Below, piece by piece: positions 47,387 to 56,769 of a DNA stretch of 64,000 nt; positions within the stretch are counted from its first letter, which is position 1, and each line of letters begins with the position of its first letter. The notes beneath the pieces were generated by a model that saw nothing but the letters and a program-made list of their open reading frames with translations, was not told the DNA's origin and ran no database searches. The stretch comes from Flavobacteriales bacterium (lineage in GTDB: Bacteria; Bacteroidota; Bacteroidia; Flavobacteriales_F; PHOS-HE28), in assembly GCA_016788295.1 (NCBI GenBank), contig JAEUSY010000026.1:64020-128019 (forward strand). Direction: 5' to 3'. The translations under genes were made by a program, and so were the position numbers.

Positions 47387-47887
47387 ATGGATAATTCGGC
47401 CCAACGCCAGCGCAACAACGTTAGCACACCCGCTTCCGACGAGATCCGGATCACCCGTATGTTCGATGCGCCACGCCAATTGGTGTGGAACGCCTGGACC
47501 ACACCGGCCATGTTGGTGCATTGGTTCGGCTGCGCGGCGTTCAGCACCCTCAGCGCAGAGACCGATCTGCGCGAAGGCGGCAACTGGCGCGTGGTGCTAC
47601 GCACACCGGACGGCGAGGATATCCCCAGCTACGGCACCTACACAGCGGTGCAGCCCATCGCACACCTGGCCTTCACGCACCAATGGGAGAAGGCCCCCGT
47701 GGACGTGAACCCCGCACACCACCGCACACTCGTCACTGTGGATCTACACGAAGAAGGACAGCGTACGCGGCTCGAGTTCCGGCAGACAGGTCTTGTCAGC
47801 GAAGCCTCACGTGACAGCCACATCGGTGGTTGGTGCGATAGCATGGATGCGTTGGCGGCCCGTCTGGTAGCCGTGTTGCCAGGTTGA
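47387..47887 (+). CDS. SRPBCC-family protein (AHSA1 domain)
   Basis: ITRMFDAPRQLVWNAWTTPAMLVHWFG...GGNWRVVLRTPDGEDIPSYGTYTAV. Confidence 0.75.
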   Translation: MDNSAQRQRNNVSTPASDEIRITRMFDAPRQLVWNAWTTPAMLVHWFGCAAFSTLSAETDLREGGNWRVVLRTPDGEDIPSYGTYTAVQPIAHLAFTHQWEKAPVDVNPAHHRTLVTVDLHEEGQRTRLEFRQTGLVSEASRDSHIGGWCDSMDALAARLVAVLPG

Positions 47888-48018
47888 GGCGGACATCCTG
47901 AACAGGAAGGCTGGCGCTATGAGGGCGTTCGTTCTTGCGTGCCAGCTCGTTGATCGCCAATGCTTGGATCGCTGTCTTTGTACGGGGTGATGCATTTCCG
48001 GCACCCGATCTTTGCGGC

Positions 48019-50241
48019 ATGTCCACCAAGCGCACCTACCCGGTAACAGGTATGACCTGCGCCAGCTGCGTGCTGAGCGTGGAGAAGGCCTTGAAGGCGG
48101 TGCCGGGCGTGGAAGCGGTGAACGTGAACCTGGCCACCAATACGGCCCAGGTGAGTTGGCAGGGCAATGCGATGAGCGATGCGTGGTTGCAGGCTGCCGT
48201 AGAGCGCGCTGGTTATGGCCTTATCGTGGCCGACGAGAGCGATGCGCTGGCCGAAGCTGAATCTGCGCAGGCCGCACACCTTGCCGCACTGAAGCGCAGG
48301 CTGTGGGCGTCCATTGTGCTCAGCGTACCCTTGGTGATCGTGGGCATGGCGTACATGCACGCCCCATGGAGCCCATGGTTGCAATGGTTGTTGGCCACAC
48401 CGGTGGTGCTGGTGTTCGGCGGTCCCTTCTTCGTGAACGCTTGGCGGCAGGCAAGGCACCGCAGCGCCAACATGGATACGCTTGTGGCTTTGAGCACCGG
48501 TGTGTCCTACGTGTTCAGTGTGTTCAACACGGTGAACCCTTCATTCTGGACAGCACTTGGACTGGAGCCGCATGTGTACTTCGAGGCCGCGGCCGTAGTG
48601 ATCACCTTGATCCTGCTTGGCAAGTACCTGGAGGAAAGGGCCAAGGCCGGCACGGGTGGCGCCATCCGCAAGTTGATGGGTTTGCAGCCCAAAACGGTGA
48701 TGCGGATCATAGAGGACGGAACACCGCAAGAGGTGCCCATTGCCGAAGTGAACGTGGATGACGTACTGCTGGTGCGCCCCGGCGAACGCATTGCAGTGGA
48801 CGGCGTGGTAGTGGATGGGGAGAGCTACGTGGATGAGAGCGCCATAACGGGCGAGCCGGTGCCTGTGGCCAAAGTGATCGGTGCGCGGTTGCTGGCAGGC
48901 ACCATCAACCAGAAGGGCAGTTTGCGCATGCGGGCGGATAAGGTGGGTGCGGCCACGCTGCTCGCGCAGATCGTGCGCACCGTGCAGGAGGCGCAAGGCA
49001 GCAAAGCCCCTGTACAGCGCATGGTGGACCGCATTGCGGCAGTGTTCGTTCCAGTGGTGATGGGCATTGCGCTGCTCAGCGCTGTGCTTTGGTGGACGCT
49101 TGGCGGAGAGCATGCCTTTACGCAGGGCCTGCTGGCCATGGTGACCGTGCTGGTGATCGCTTGCCCATGTGCATTGGGCCTGGCCACCCCAACGGCCATC
49201 ATGGCGGGCATGGGCAAGGGTGCCGAGCACGGCATGCTCATCAAGGATGCCGAGAGCCTGGAGCGCGCACGACGCATTACGGCAGTGGTGCTGGACAAAA
49301 CGGGGACCATCACCGAGGGAAGGCCAAATGTGGTGGAAGAAGTGGGACTGAATGACCGCGAAGCCTCTGCAGCACTGCTGGCCATGGAGGTGCGCTCGGA
49401 GCATCCGCTGGCGGATCCGATCGTGCAGTACATCCTTCAAACGTTCCCGGCGCATGGTGCTGGTGAAGGCGCTGTAGTGGAAGGATTCGAGAGCCGGACG
49501 GGCATGGGTGTGAGGGCGACCGTGAACGGCACGCGATGGCTGGTGGGGAACCGCAGGATGCTCGAGGAGAACGGTGTGGCCATCTCCGCTGAATGGCGCG
49601 ATCACGAAAAGCGTTGGCAGGAGGCGGCGCACACGGTGATCTGGCTCGCCGATGCGCAACGCGTGCGTGCGGCTGTGGCCATTGCCGATCGCATCAAGCC
49701 AACAGCGGCCGCGGCCATTGCACGCCTGCAACAGGCGGGCATACATGTCTATATGCAAACAGGCGATGCACGGCGTACCGCACAGGCCGTTGCCCGTGCT
49801 GTGGGTATCACCGACTTCCGCAGCGAAGTGCTGCCCAAGGACAAGGCGGCCTTCGTGAGCGGCCTGCAGCAGATGGGACATGTGGTGGCCATGGTGGGCG
49901 ATGGCATCAACGACAGCGAGGCGCTGGCCCGGGCCGATGTGAGCATCGCCATGGGCCGCGGCAGCGACATTGCCATGGACGTGGCACAAATGACCCTGAT
50001 CGGCACGGACCTCAACGCAATTCCGCGCGCCCTTGCACTCTCGCGCCGCACGGTGTCGCTCATCCGCCAGAACCTGTTCTGGGCCTTTTTCTACAACGTG
50101 CTGGGCATCCCCATTGCTGCCGGTGCGCTTTACCCCATTAACGGGTTTCTGCTGGACCCCATGCTGGCCGGTGCTGCCATGGCGCTGAGCAGCGTAAGCG
50201 TGGTGAGCAACAGCTTGCGGCTGCGGTGGGTGCGGCTTTAG
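48019..50241 (+). CDS. copA: copper-translocating P1B-type ATPase
   Basis: N-terminal HMA domain (GMTCASCVLSVEKAL), CPC motif in TM6 (ACPCALGLATP), DKTGTIT phosphorylation site, GDGINDSEAL hinge. Start at MSTKRTYPV (ATG 48019). Confidence 0.9.
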   Translation: MSTKRTYPVTGMTCASCVLSVEKALKAVPGVEAVNVNLATNTAQVSWQGNAMSDAWLQAAVERAGYGLIVADESDALAEAESAQAAHLAALKRRLWASIVLSVPLVIVGMAYMHAPWSPWLQWLLATPVVLVFGGPFFVNAWRQARHRSANMDTLVALSTGVSYVFSVFNTVNPSFWTALGLEPHVYFEAAAVVITLILLGKYLEERAKAGTGGAIRKLMGLQPKTVMRIIEDGTPQEVPIAEVNVDDVLLVRPGERIAVDGVVVDGESYVDESAITGEPVPVAKVIGARLLAGTINQKGSLRMRADKVGAATLLAQIVRTVQEAQGSKAPVQRMVDRIAAVFVPVVMGIALLSAVLWWTLGGEHAFTQGLLAMVTVLVIACPCALGLATPTAIMAGMGKGAEHGMLIKDAESLERARRITAVVLDKTGTITEGRPNVVEEVGLNDREASAALLAMEVRSEHPLADPIVQYILQTFPAHGAGEGAVVEGFESRTGMGVRATVNGTRWLVGNRRMLEENGVAISAEWRDHEKRWQEAAHTVIWLADAQRVRAAVAIADRIKPTAAAAIARLQQAGIHVYMQTGDARRTAQAVARAVGITDFRSEVLPKDKAAFVSGLQQMGHVVAMVGDGINDSEALARADVSIAMGRGSDIAMDVAQMTLIGTDLNAIPRALALSRRTVSLIRQNLFWAFFYNVLGIPIAAGALYPINGFLLDPMLAGAAMALSSVSVVSNSLRLRWVRL

Positions 50242-50678
50242 AAAGGCAGCTCCTCCAACGCTTCGTCCAATAGTTCCTTCACGGCCTTGTCCGCTTGGCG
50301 AAGCGCTTGTCGGCGGGCTTGAACGCGTTGCCAGATCGCGGAATGGACCTCAAACAACACCATCAGATATGCGATGGGTAGCGTTAGCGGTGCGGTAAGG
50401 AAGGTGAACACGCGCTTGGCCAAGTGCATGCCCGAGAACGCCGACGTGAAGGGCAGTGCAAGCCACAGCAGGGGCAGCAGCAAGGGAGCCAACAATAAAC
50501 CACCCACCACCACGCTCACTTCCTGCGCGGTAGGGCCATCGAAGGGGCCGGGGTCGCTTCGGCCCATCCAGCGACGAAGTGGGTCCAGCAACGTGGCTTT
50601 GTCCGAGCGCTGCAACGCATTCCCACGGAGCAGCGGAACAGAATGACGGGCATGGTTGCGATAGAGGGGCCGGTCCAT
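50238..50678 (-). CDS. hypothetical membrane protein
   Basis: Two TM helices (VVVGGLLLAPLLLPLLWLALPF; FTFLTAPLTLPIAYLMVLF), convergent with copA and overlapping it by 4 nt. Start uncertain. Confidence 0.3.
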   Translation of the reverse strand: MDRPLYRNHARHSVPLLRGNALQRSDKATLLDPLRRWMGRSDPGPFDGPTAQEVSVVVGGLLLAPLLLPLLWLALPFTSAFSGMHLAKRVFTFLTAPLTLPIAYLMVLFEVHSAIWQRVQARRQALRQADKAVKELLDEALEELPF

Positions 50679-50840
50679 GGACACAAAACTACCGGAGCAG
50701 GCAGGCGAGCGGGGCGCCAAACAAGCGGTGAAGCATGGAAGCACAGCGGCCAAGAGCGGCTTCCGGAGTTGCCGTTGGCGGGTCATGGAGCGAACGGTCC
50801 GCGAGTCCGGGCGTTACATGGGCATCTACCTTTGCACACC

Positions 50841-51986
50841 ATGCCTGCCGAGCCACGCAACCTGCATCCGCTGCCGTTCTCCCATTGGGGACTGGGTCTT
50901 CAGCGTCCGCTGTTGATCGCGGGGCCGTGCAGCGCCGAGAGCGAGGCCCAGGTGATGGCCGCCGCCCACAGGTTGGCCGCGCAGGGTAAGTCCCGTGTAT
51001 TCCGGGCAGGGTTGTGGAAACCGCGCACCCGTCCGGGTCATTTTGAAGGGGCTGGCACGGCCGCACTGCCTTGGCTGCAGCGCGTGAAGGCCGAAACAGG
51101 CCTGCTCACCATGACCGAGGTGGCCACGGCCGAGCATGTGCAGGCCGCGTTGGATGCGGGCATTGACATGCTGTGGATCGGTGCGCGCACCACGCCCAAT
51201 CCCTTCAGTGTGCAGGAGATCGCCGATGCACTGCGCGGAGTGGATATTCCTGTGTTGGTAAAGAACCCCATCAACCCCGACCTGCAATTGTGGATCGGTG
51301 CCCTGGAGCGGTTGGAGCATGCGGGCCTGAAACGCCTGGCCGCCATCCACCGCGGCTTCAGCTGGTTCGAGCGTACGCCCTACCGGAACAGCCCCATGTG
51401 GGAGTTCCCCATCCGGCTGAAGGCGGCCTTTCCGGAGTTGGAGATCGTGTGCGACCCCAGCCACATCGCGGGCGACCGCAACAAACTGGGAGCGGTGGCC
51501 CAGCAGGCCTTGGACCTGGGGCTCAGCGGATTGATGCTGGAAGTGCATCCCGACCCGGCCAACGCCTGCAGTGATGCTGAACAGCAGGTAACGCCCGAGG
51601 CCTATGGAGAGCTGATCGACAGCCTCATCTTCCGCCAGGCCCACCCCACGGCGCCCATGCGCGACCAGTTGGAGGAACTGCGTGATCTGATCGACCAACT
51701 GGACGAGGAGATCGCCCAAAAGCTGGGCACCCGCATGGACATTGCCGAGCGCATCGGTGACCACAAGCGGCTGCACCAGGTGGCCATTCTGCAACCCGAA
51801 CGTTGGGAGCGGATCATGCACCGGCAGCTGCGGTTGGCGGGCCATCTGGGGCTTAGCGAGGCCTTCGTAAAGGAGTTCATGGACGCCATCCATCGGGAGA
51901 GCATCCGTCGCCAGACCGCCGCCCAAGGGGACGCCAAGGAGACCGAAGGATCTCAAGCGTTGCGGGTGAACGGTGCCGGGGGATGA
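50841..51986 (+). CDS. aroG: bifunctional 3-deoxy-7-phosphoheptulonate synthase (type I-beta) / chorismate mutase (AroQ)
   Basis: DAHP/KDO8P synthase core (LIAGPCSAESEAQVMAAA...GARTTPNPFSVQEIA...CDPSHIAGDR) plus a C-terminal chorismate mutase helix bundle (LRDLIDQLDEEIAQKLGTRMDIAERIGDHK). Start at MPAEPRNL (ATG 50841). Confidence 0.85.
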   Translation: MPAEPRNLHPLPFSHWGLGLQRPLLIAGPCSAESEAQVMAAAHRLAAQGKSRVFRAGLWKPRTRPGHFEGAGTAALPWLQRVKAETGLLTMTEVATAEHVQAALDAGIDMLWIGARTTPNPFSVQEIADALRGVDIPVLVKNPINPDLQLWIGALERLEHAGLKRLAAIHRGFSWFERTPYRNSPMWEFPIRLKAAFPELEIVCDPSHIAGDRNKLGAVAQQALDLGLSGLMLEVHPDPANACSDAEQQVTPEAYGELIDSLIFRQAHPTAPMRDQLEELRDLIDQLDEEIAQKLGTRMDIAERIGDHKRLHQVAILQPERWERIMHRQLRLAGHLGLSEAFVKEFMDAIHRESIRRQTAAQGDAKETEGSQALRVNGAGG

Positions 51987-52051
51987 CCGCCACCGCCTAC
52001 CTTGCGGGCAACTGCAAACGGAACCACAACCACCTTTTCACGCAAACCCGT

Positions 52052-54871
52052 ATGAGGAAGAACCTTACCCTCGGAGCGTTGGCCCTACTGTTCGTCCCCG
52101 GCCTGGCCGTGGCACAGTTGAGCTTTACCAACGCCACACCCCTGATGAGCGCCAGCACAAGCGGCGGCTGCATGGGCGTGGTGGACATGAACGGCGATGG
52201 TCTTGACGACATCGCGAAGCTGAACAACTCGCGCACGGTGGTGGTGAACTACCAGAACGCGGACGGCAGCTTCACCACGGTGAACTACGGCAACATCAGC
52301 AACAGCGGTCAGTGGGGCTGGGCCATCGGCGACATCGACAACAACGGCCACAAGGACGTGGTGAGCGGTGGTAGCTACGACGGCGTGCACCACATGAACA
52401 TCCCGAGCATCGGCAGCAGTTCGGTCTCAAACCTGAACAACGGCAGCCTCTTCACCCAGTGCGTGAACATTGCCGACATCAACAACGATGGCCACAACGA
52501 TTATTGGTCCTGCCACGATGATGGTGCGCCCCGTCAGTGGTTGAACGATGGCAATGGCCTGCTCACCTACGCCGACATCATCACCTACACCACCAACCCG
52601 ACCAGTGACATGAGCGGGAACTATGGCAGCGTGTGGACCGATTTCGATAACGATGGTGACCTGGACCTCTATATCGCCAAGTGCCGCCAAGGCGTCAATG
52701 ACCCCAACGACCCCCGTCGTTGGAACCGCCTTTTCGTGAACAACGGCAACAACCAGTACACCGACCAGGCTGCGGCTTACGGTGTGCAGGTCCGTAACCA
52801 GAGCTGGACCGCCGATTTCGGTGACATCGACAACGATGGCGACTTCGATCTGATGTTGACCAACCACGATGCCACCATCCAACTGTTCGAGAACGATGGA
52901 ACGGGCAACTACACGGAGATCACGGCCGGCAGCGGTCTCGAATTTTCGGGCTTCATGCTCCAGAGCAAGTTCGTTGACTTCGACAATGATGGATTCGTGG
53001 ACATCCTCATCGCCGGTGGCGTGGAGTACTATTTCAAGAACGATGGTGATGGCACCTTCACCCGCATCACGGGCCTGTTCCCGTCCAACAAGGCCATGCA
53101 CAGCTTCGCCACCGGCGATCTGAATAACGATGGTTTCCAGGACGTGTTCGCCAACTATGGCAGCGGCTACATCGATGCCGATGCCAATAACCCGGACCGC
53201 CTTTGGATGAACAACGGCAATGACAACCACTGGTTCTCCGTTCGGTTGAAAGGCACCATCAGCAACCGCGACGCCATCGGCGCCCGCGTGACCATCACCG
53301 GTCCTTGGGGTACGCAGATCCGCGAGGTGCGCGCTGGTGAGAGCTATGGCATGGTGACCAGCTTTGCATGCAGCTTCGGATTGGGCACCAACACCACCAT
53401 TCCAACGATGACCATTCGTTGGCCCTCCGGTCTGGTGGAGACCTTCAACGATCTGGCCGTTGACCAGACCATCACGGTGATCGAGAACACCTGCATCAGC
53501 CCTGTGGCCGCTATCACTGCCGATGGTCCTTTCATTGTTTGTGGTAATGGCGATGCGGTTACGCTCACCGCCAATGCCGGATTCAACTACAGTTGGAGCA
53601 CCAGCGCGACCACCCAGAGCATTTCGGTCTCACAGGCCGGTAACTACAGCGTGACCATTGATGATGGACAAGGTTGCAGCGCCGTCACCAGTGTGTTCGT
53701 GGCCCAGGCCCCGGATGAGACCCCCACGGTTACCGTTGTCGGCGAGACCACCTTCTGCGAGGGCGGAACGGTGGAATTGACCTCAAGTGCGGCAGCTGCA
53801 TACAGCTGGAGCAATGGGGCAACTACCCAGAGCATTACGGTCACCCAAGGAGGCGATTACACGGTGACCATCGATGGTGCCTGTGGCGATTGGACCAGCA
53901 GCGTTGTAGCCTTGAGCGTTCTCGACACCCCGAGCGCGCCGGTGGCTGATGATGTGACGATCCCTGTTGCTGGCACCGCCGACCTCACGGCCACGGGCAG
54001 CAACATACTGTGGTACACCGCGGCTTCCGGTGGCTCCCCTGCTGCCAGCGGCAACAGTTGGACCACGCCCTTCGTGAGCAACACCACCTCGTTCTGGGTG
54101 GCCTCCTCCAACGTGTTTGGTGGCGGCACCTTCTATGGAGGCCGTACCTCCAACTCAACGAGCGGTCAGTTCCACACCAATGCGGACAATTACCAGCTCT
54201 TTACGGCATCCGAACCCTTCACCCTGCGTTCGGTGAAGGTGTATGCCAACGGTGCTGGTAACCGCACCATTGCAGTGATCGATCAGGGAACGGGAGCCAC
54301 GCTGTCCACCGGTGTGTTCAGCATCCCCAACGGCGAGAGCCGTGTTCAGCTCGATTTCGAGATCCCTGCCGGCGGACCTTACGGACTGCGTGTGGTGGGT
54401 GGCAATCCCCAGCTGTGGCGTGATGGTCTGGGCAGCAACCCCGCCTATCCGTACGCACTGGGTACCGTGGGTGCCATTACCAGCAGCAGCGTGGCCGGCA
54501 ACAACGCCACCGCCTACTACTACTTCTTCTACGATTGGGAAGTGGAGGTGCCGAGCACGGTGTGCGAAAGCGCCCGTGAGGAAGTGGTGGTGAATGTGGG
54601 GACCGTGGGTGTGAACGAAGCGGCCGCAGGGAACAGCATCGCTGTGTGGCCCAACCCGGCCACCGACAACCTCACCGTGGTACTGAACGGTGTTGACGGC
54701 GAGGTGAACGTGGACATGCTCGATCTCACTGGCCGTGTGGTCCTGGAGCGTGGAGCACAAGCCGCTGCCAAGCGCCTCGACCTCAACGTGAGCGCCCTGG
54801 CCGTTGGCGAGTACGTTGTGCGTGTGCGTCATAGTGCCGGTGTGAGCGTGCACCGCGTGGTGGTGCGCTGA
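52052..54871 (+). CDS. large FG-GAP/VCBS beta-propeller + ASPIC/UnbV + Ig-like repeats + conserved C-terminal module + T9SS CTD protein
   Basis: Signal MRKNLTLGALALLFVPGLAVAQ; FG-GAP repeats; UnbV block RLKGTISNRDAIGARVTITGPWGTQIREVRAGESYGMVTS. Then Ig-like repeats and a ~250-aa module (QFHTN...FTLRSVKVYANGAGNR...YYFFYDWEVE) homologous to the C-terminus of the S8 peptidase at 23079-25862. T9SS CTD IAVWPNPATDNLTVVL...VHRVVVR. Confidence 0.85.
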   Translation: MRKNLTLGALALLFVPGLAVAQLSFTNATPLMSASTSGGCMGVVDMNGDGLDDIAKLNNSRTVVVNYQNADGSFTTVNYGNISNSGQWGWAIGDIDNNGHKDVVSGGSYDGVHHMNIPSIGSSSVSNLNNGSLFTQCVNIADINNDGHNDYWSCHDDGAPRQWLNDGNGLLTYADIITYTTNPTSDMSGNYGSVWTDFDNDGDLDLYIAKCRQGVNDPNDPRRWNRLFVNNGNNQYTDQAAAYGVQVRNQSWTADFGDIDNDGDFDLMLTNHDATIQLFENDGTGNYTEITAGSGLEFSGFMLQSKFVDFDNDGFVDILIAGGVEYYFKNDGDGTFTRITGLFPSNKAMHSFATGDLNNDGFQDVFANYGSGYIDADANNPDRLWMNNGNDNHWFSVRLKGTISNRDAIGARVTITGPWGTQIREVRAGESYGMVTSFACSFGLGTNTTIPTMTIRWPSGLVETFNDLAVDQTITVIENTCISPVAAITADGPFIVCGNGDAVTLTANAGFNYSWSTSATTQSISVSQAGNYSVTIDDGQGCSAVTSVFVAQAPDETPTVTVVGETTFCEGGTVELTSSAAAAYSWSNGATTQSITVTQGGDYTVTIDGACGDWTSSVVALSVLDTPSAPVADDVTIPVAGTADLTATGSNILWYTAASGGSPAASGNSWTTPFVSNTTSFWVASSNVFGGGTFYGGRTSNSTSGQFHTNADNYQLFTASEPFTLRSVKVYANGAGNRTIAVIDQGTGATLSTGVFSIPNGESRVQLDFEIPAGGPYGLRVVGGNPQLWRDGLGSNPAYPYALGTVGAITSSSVAGNNATAYYYFFYDWEVEVPSTVCESAREEVVVNVGTVGVNEAAAGNSIAVWPNPATDNLTVVLNGVDGEVNVDMLDLTGRVVLERGAQAAAKRLDLNVSALAVGEYVVRVRHSAGVSVHRVVVR

Positions 54872-54889
54872 TAACGGATCAAAGCAAAG

Positions 54890-54935
54890 GCAAGCCCCGG
54901 TCGTCCATTGGATGGCCGGGGCTTGTTGTATCCTT
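54890..54935 (+). terminator. Rho-independent terminator
   Basis: caagccccgg-(15-nt loop)-ccggggcttg, followed by ttgtatccttt. Confidence 0.5.
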
Positions 54936-54985
54936 TCTGGAGCGGAGTGCGTTCAACGGCCCGCCTCGATAAGCGGCACATACGC

Positions 54986-55483
54986 ATGAACGCACGCACG
55001 TTTTCCTTCTTGGCCGTTGCGGCCGTATCCTTCACCCTTGCAGGTTGTGTCAAGGAGACCCAGGAACTGGCCCAGGAGGTGGGCCTGGTCCCGAGCACCT
55101 GTGGAAGCGATGGCGCCCGCCTGCAAGCCACGGTGGATGGGGGCAGCTACTGCGCCAATGCCCAGGTGATCGCCACGGGTGGTGATGGCAGCGCGTTCGT
55201 TACCGGCTTCGACTATACGGGCAGTTCAATCATCCTGCAGTTCGATACGCTTGGGGTGGGCACACATGCCATCACTGAAGCGGCCAACGCCGTTGTGTAC
55301 ATGCAGGCCGGAGCTTCGTTCGTGGTAGGTCCAGATCAAACCGGAACGCTCACCATCACCGAACACAACCCCGATACGCGCCGTCTGAAGGCCACCTTTC
55401 AGACCACCCTGCTGAACGCCATGAACGGCCAGACGAAGACCGTGCAGGGCGAAGTGGACGTGATCTATACGGAGCAGCAGTAG
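54986..55483 (+). CDS. hypothetical lipoprotein (paralog pair, member 1)
   Basis: Lipoprotein signal MNARTFSFLAVAAVSFTLAGC. Shares a CG..GARLQA..DG...CANA...A motif with the next gene. Confidence 0.5.
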   Translation: MNARTFSFLAVAAVSFTLAGCVKETQELAQEVGLVPSTCGSDGARLQATVDGGSYCANAQVIATGGDGSAFVTGFDYTGSSIILQFDTLGVGTHAITEAANAVVYMQAGASFVVGPDQTGTLTITEHNPDTRRLKATFQTTLLNAMNGQTKTVQGEVDVIYTEQQ

Positions 55484-55553
55484 GAGAGACCGCTCTGTTC
55501 ATTCGTCTGCTGGCACGGTGCTTGAAAAGGACCGGAAACCTTTCTTGATCCCC

Positions 55554-56033
55554 ATGTACAAACCCTCCCTTCTCTTCGCGCTGGCGCTCATTCTCTTCAC
55601 CTCCTGTAGCAAGGACAAGGACGACCCTGTAACACCTGCCCCGACGAACACCTGCGGGGTGGCCGGTGCACGCCTCCAAGCCAACCTCGACGGTGAGGCT
55701 TTCTGTGCGAATGCGAGCTTGTTCGCCTCTCTGGCCGTTGATGTGCTCACCGTGAACGGGATCAGCCAGCAAGGAGCAACGCTCACCTTGGAGCTCGATT
55801 CTCTTGATGTGGGAACCCACGATATGACCGAAGGGACCAATAGCCTGCTGTTCACCACCACGCTTGGACTGGCCTACCGCACCTCGGATGGCGATCCCGG
55901 TTCAGTAACCATCACCACCCACGACACATCGGCCAAACGCATACAGGGCACCTGTTCCGCCGACCTCTACAGCCCATTGGGCGGAGCTCCCAAGGCGATC
56001 ACCGTCAACTTCGATCTCTACTACATCGAATAG
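55554..56033 (+). CDS. hypothetical lipoprotein (paralog pair, member 2)
   Basis: Lipoprotein signal MYKPSLLFALALILFTSC. Body parallels 54986-55483 (TCGVAGARLQANLDGEAFCANASL vs TCGSDGARLQATVDGGSYCANAQV). Confidence 0.5.
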   Translation: MYKPSLLFALALILFTSCSKDKDDPVTPAPTNTCGVAGARLQANLDGEAFCANASLFASLAVDVLTVNGISQQGATLTLELDSLDVGTHDMTEGTNSLLFTTTLGLAYRTSDGDPGSVTITTHDTSAKRIQGTCSADLYSPLGGAPKAITVNFDLYYIE

Positions 56034-56052
56034 GATGGATTAATTTGGCGGT

Positions 56053-56769
56053 ATGTCCGCCGGGTCGAAAGCGATACGCATTGCGGTGATCGGAGCGGGA
56101 GGAACGGGTTGCGCCCTGTTCCCGCTGATCTGCCGGATGCCAGTGGAGGGGATTACCCTGATCGATGGCGATACCGTGGAGGCGGTGAATCTTTCCCGCC
56201 AGACGCTATACGGTCCTTCGGATGTGGGGCGCTTGAAAGCGCGTGCTGTACTGCAACGTTCGGTGGGTCTGGCCGATGGCATCCACCTGTTGGCGCATAC
56301 CTGTTTCCTTGATGCCAAGAATGCTGTAGACCTGCTTCAAGGCCACACCGTTGTTGCCGATTGCACGGACGACCTGCATGCCCGACGAGTGATCGAACGC
56401 ACGTGTGCCGAGCTGCAGATCCCCTTGGTGAGCGCAGCCGTGCACGGCGAACAGGTGCAGGTGCTTACGCTGGGAGTTCCACCAGAAGAAGGTGTGCCGC
56501 CCACCACGTGGCAGCAGTTCTTTCCCGGCCGCACAGCACAGGAACAGGATGGCTGCGATATGCGCTCCGTACCTGCTGAAGTGACCACCGTAGCGGCCGC
56601 ACTGATGGCCAAACGCATCCGCGCCTTGCTCACCAACGATACTTCCCTCGCACGCCATATGGACCTCGTGGACATGCGTCACGGACAATGGTTGCGTATT
56701 GCCGCACCTGAAGCACCGGCGGATGAGCTGTTGGCTTCCGCACACGGACAAGGTCGGGGGGAGGCATGA
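56053..56769 (+). CDS. ThiF/MoeB/HesA-family E1-like adenylyltransferase (short form, no rhodanese domain)
   Basis: IAVIGAGGTGCALFPLICRMPVEGITLIDGDTVEAVNLSRQTLY...VVADCTDDLHARRVI is the E1-like Rossmann fold with the nucleotide-binding GxGxxG motif. Confidence 0.75.
   Translation: MSAGSKAIRIAVIGAGGTGCALFPLICRMPVEGITLIDGDTVEAVNLSRQTLYGPSDVGRLKARAVLQRSVGLADGIHLLAHTCFLDAKNAVDLLQGHTVVADCTDDLHARRVIERTCAELQIPLVSAAVHGEQVQVLTLGVPPEEGVPPTTWQQFFPGRTAQEQDGCDMRSVPAEVTTVAAALMAKRIRALLTNDTSLARHMDLVDMRHGQWLRIAAPEAPADELLASAHGQGRGEA

Noticed and set aside
48541-49989. 482-aa minus-strand ORF
   Set aside because: Antisense to copA, whose P-type ATPase motifs are unambiguous on the + strand.
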